Shown: positions 63,340-64,000 of the stretch, one piece after another
Numbering within the stretch: the first letter of the stretch is position 1
Layout of the letters: each line of letters opens with the position of its first letter
NCBI GenBank assembly: GCA_951406725.2
Contig: OX597817.1
Location: forward strand, 74,276,001 to 74,340,000
Origin: Octopus vulgaris
Taxonomy: Eukaryota
Direction of reading: 5' to 3'
DNA length: 64,000 bases
The notes under the pieces: model-generated
Seen by the model: only the letters and a program-made list of their open reading frames with translations
Databases searched by the model: none
What the model was told of the DNA's origin: nothing
Position numbers and translations under genes: made by a program

Positions 63340-64000
63340 CCTTTCTATAACAAGCACAAAGCCTGAAATTTGGGAGAGAGGGTTAGTCAATTACATTGAC
63401 CCCAGTACTCAACTGGTACCTATTTTACTGAACCTGAAAGATGAAAGGCAAAGTCAACCTTGGCAGAATTTGAACTCAGAACGTAGTGATGGGCAAAATA
63501 CCAGTAAGTATTTTGCCAAAATACCACTAAGTATTTTGCCTGGCATGCTAATAATAATACTAGCCACTACTGCCACCACCATAATCATCATCATCATCAC
63601 CACTGTCATTTTAACAGTCACTTTTCTGTGCTTCCATGGCTCACATGACATTTATCGAGGCAGATTTTCTATGGCCGGATGCCTATCCTGTTATGAAGCC
63701 TCTCGTTTGTTTTCTAGCAAGCTAATCTTTCTCCATGACTAGACATGTTTTCACAGAAGATTGGAAATGAATGACACTGCTTGTATGACAACGAACATGC
63801 AATGACAATATGAGGAGACACACATACATGCACACAGACATGTACATACATAGATATGTATTTACATATTTCTTTCAGTTTTCATCTAGCAAATCCACTC
63901 ACAAGGCTTTGGTTGGTATAGGGACATAGAAGATATTAGCTCAAGGTGCAACAGAGTGAGACAGAAACCAAAACCCATTTGGTTGGGAATCAAACTTCTT

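Overview
Repeat-rich, AT-rich animal genomic DNA. Its SINE and microsatellite content resembles a coleoid cephalopod (Octopus-like); this is an inference. A large minus-strand FYCO1 orthologue dominates the window (RUN - coiled coil - FYVE - LIR - GOLD). I traced 17 phase-consistent coding exons from 61079 down to the stop at 17265, about 1190 codons; the 5' exons lie beyond the window. The remainder is mobile DNA: a young Tx1/L1-clade LINE inserted in a (GATA)n array, two Penelope-like GIY-YIG remnants, Tc1 and mariner relics, RTE fragments, a non-autonomous Helitron, TTAA-flanked MITEs, a solo LTR, three SINE families and a 28S rRNA fragment. The ORF track misses the most interesting signal: seven minimal type I hammerhead-ribozyme (HHR) motifs, some intact and some decayed. 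One lies in the 3' end of a Penelope element. Four lie in 150-400 nt fold-back hairpins, three of them at the apex. One has an intact core on the FYCO1 pre-mRNA strand, and one appears to carry a G3-C8 compensatory core swap. All structures were read by eye and none was computed.
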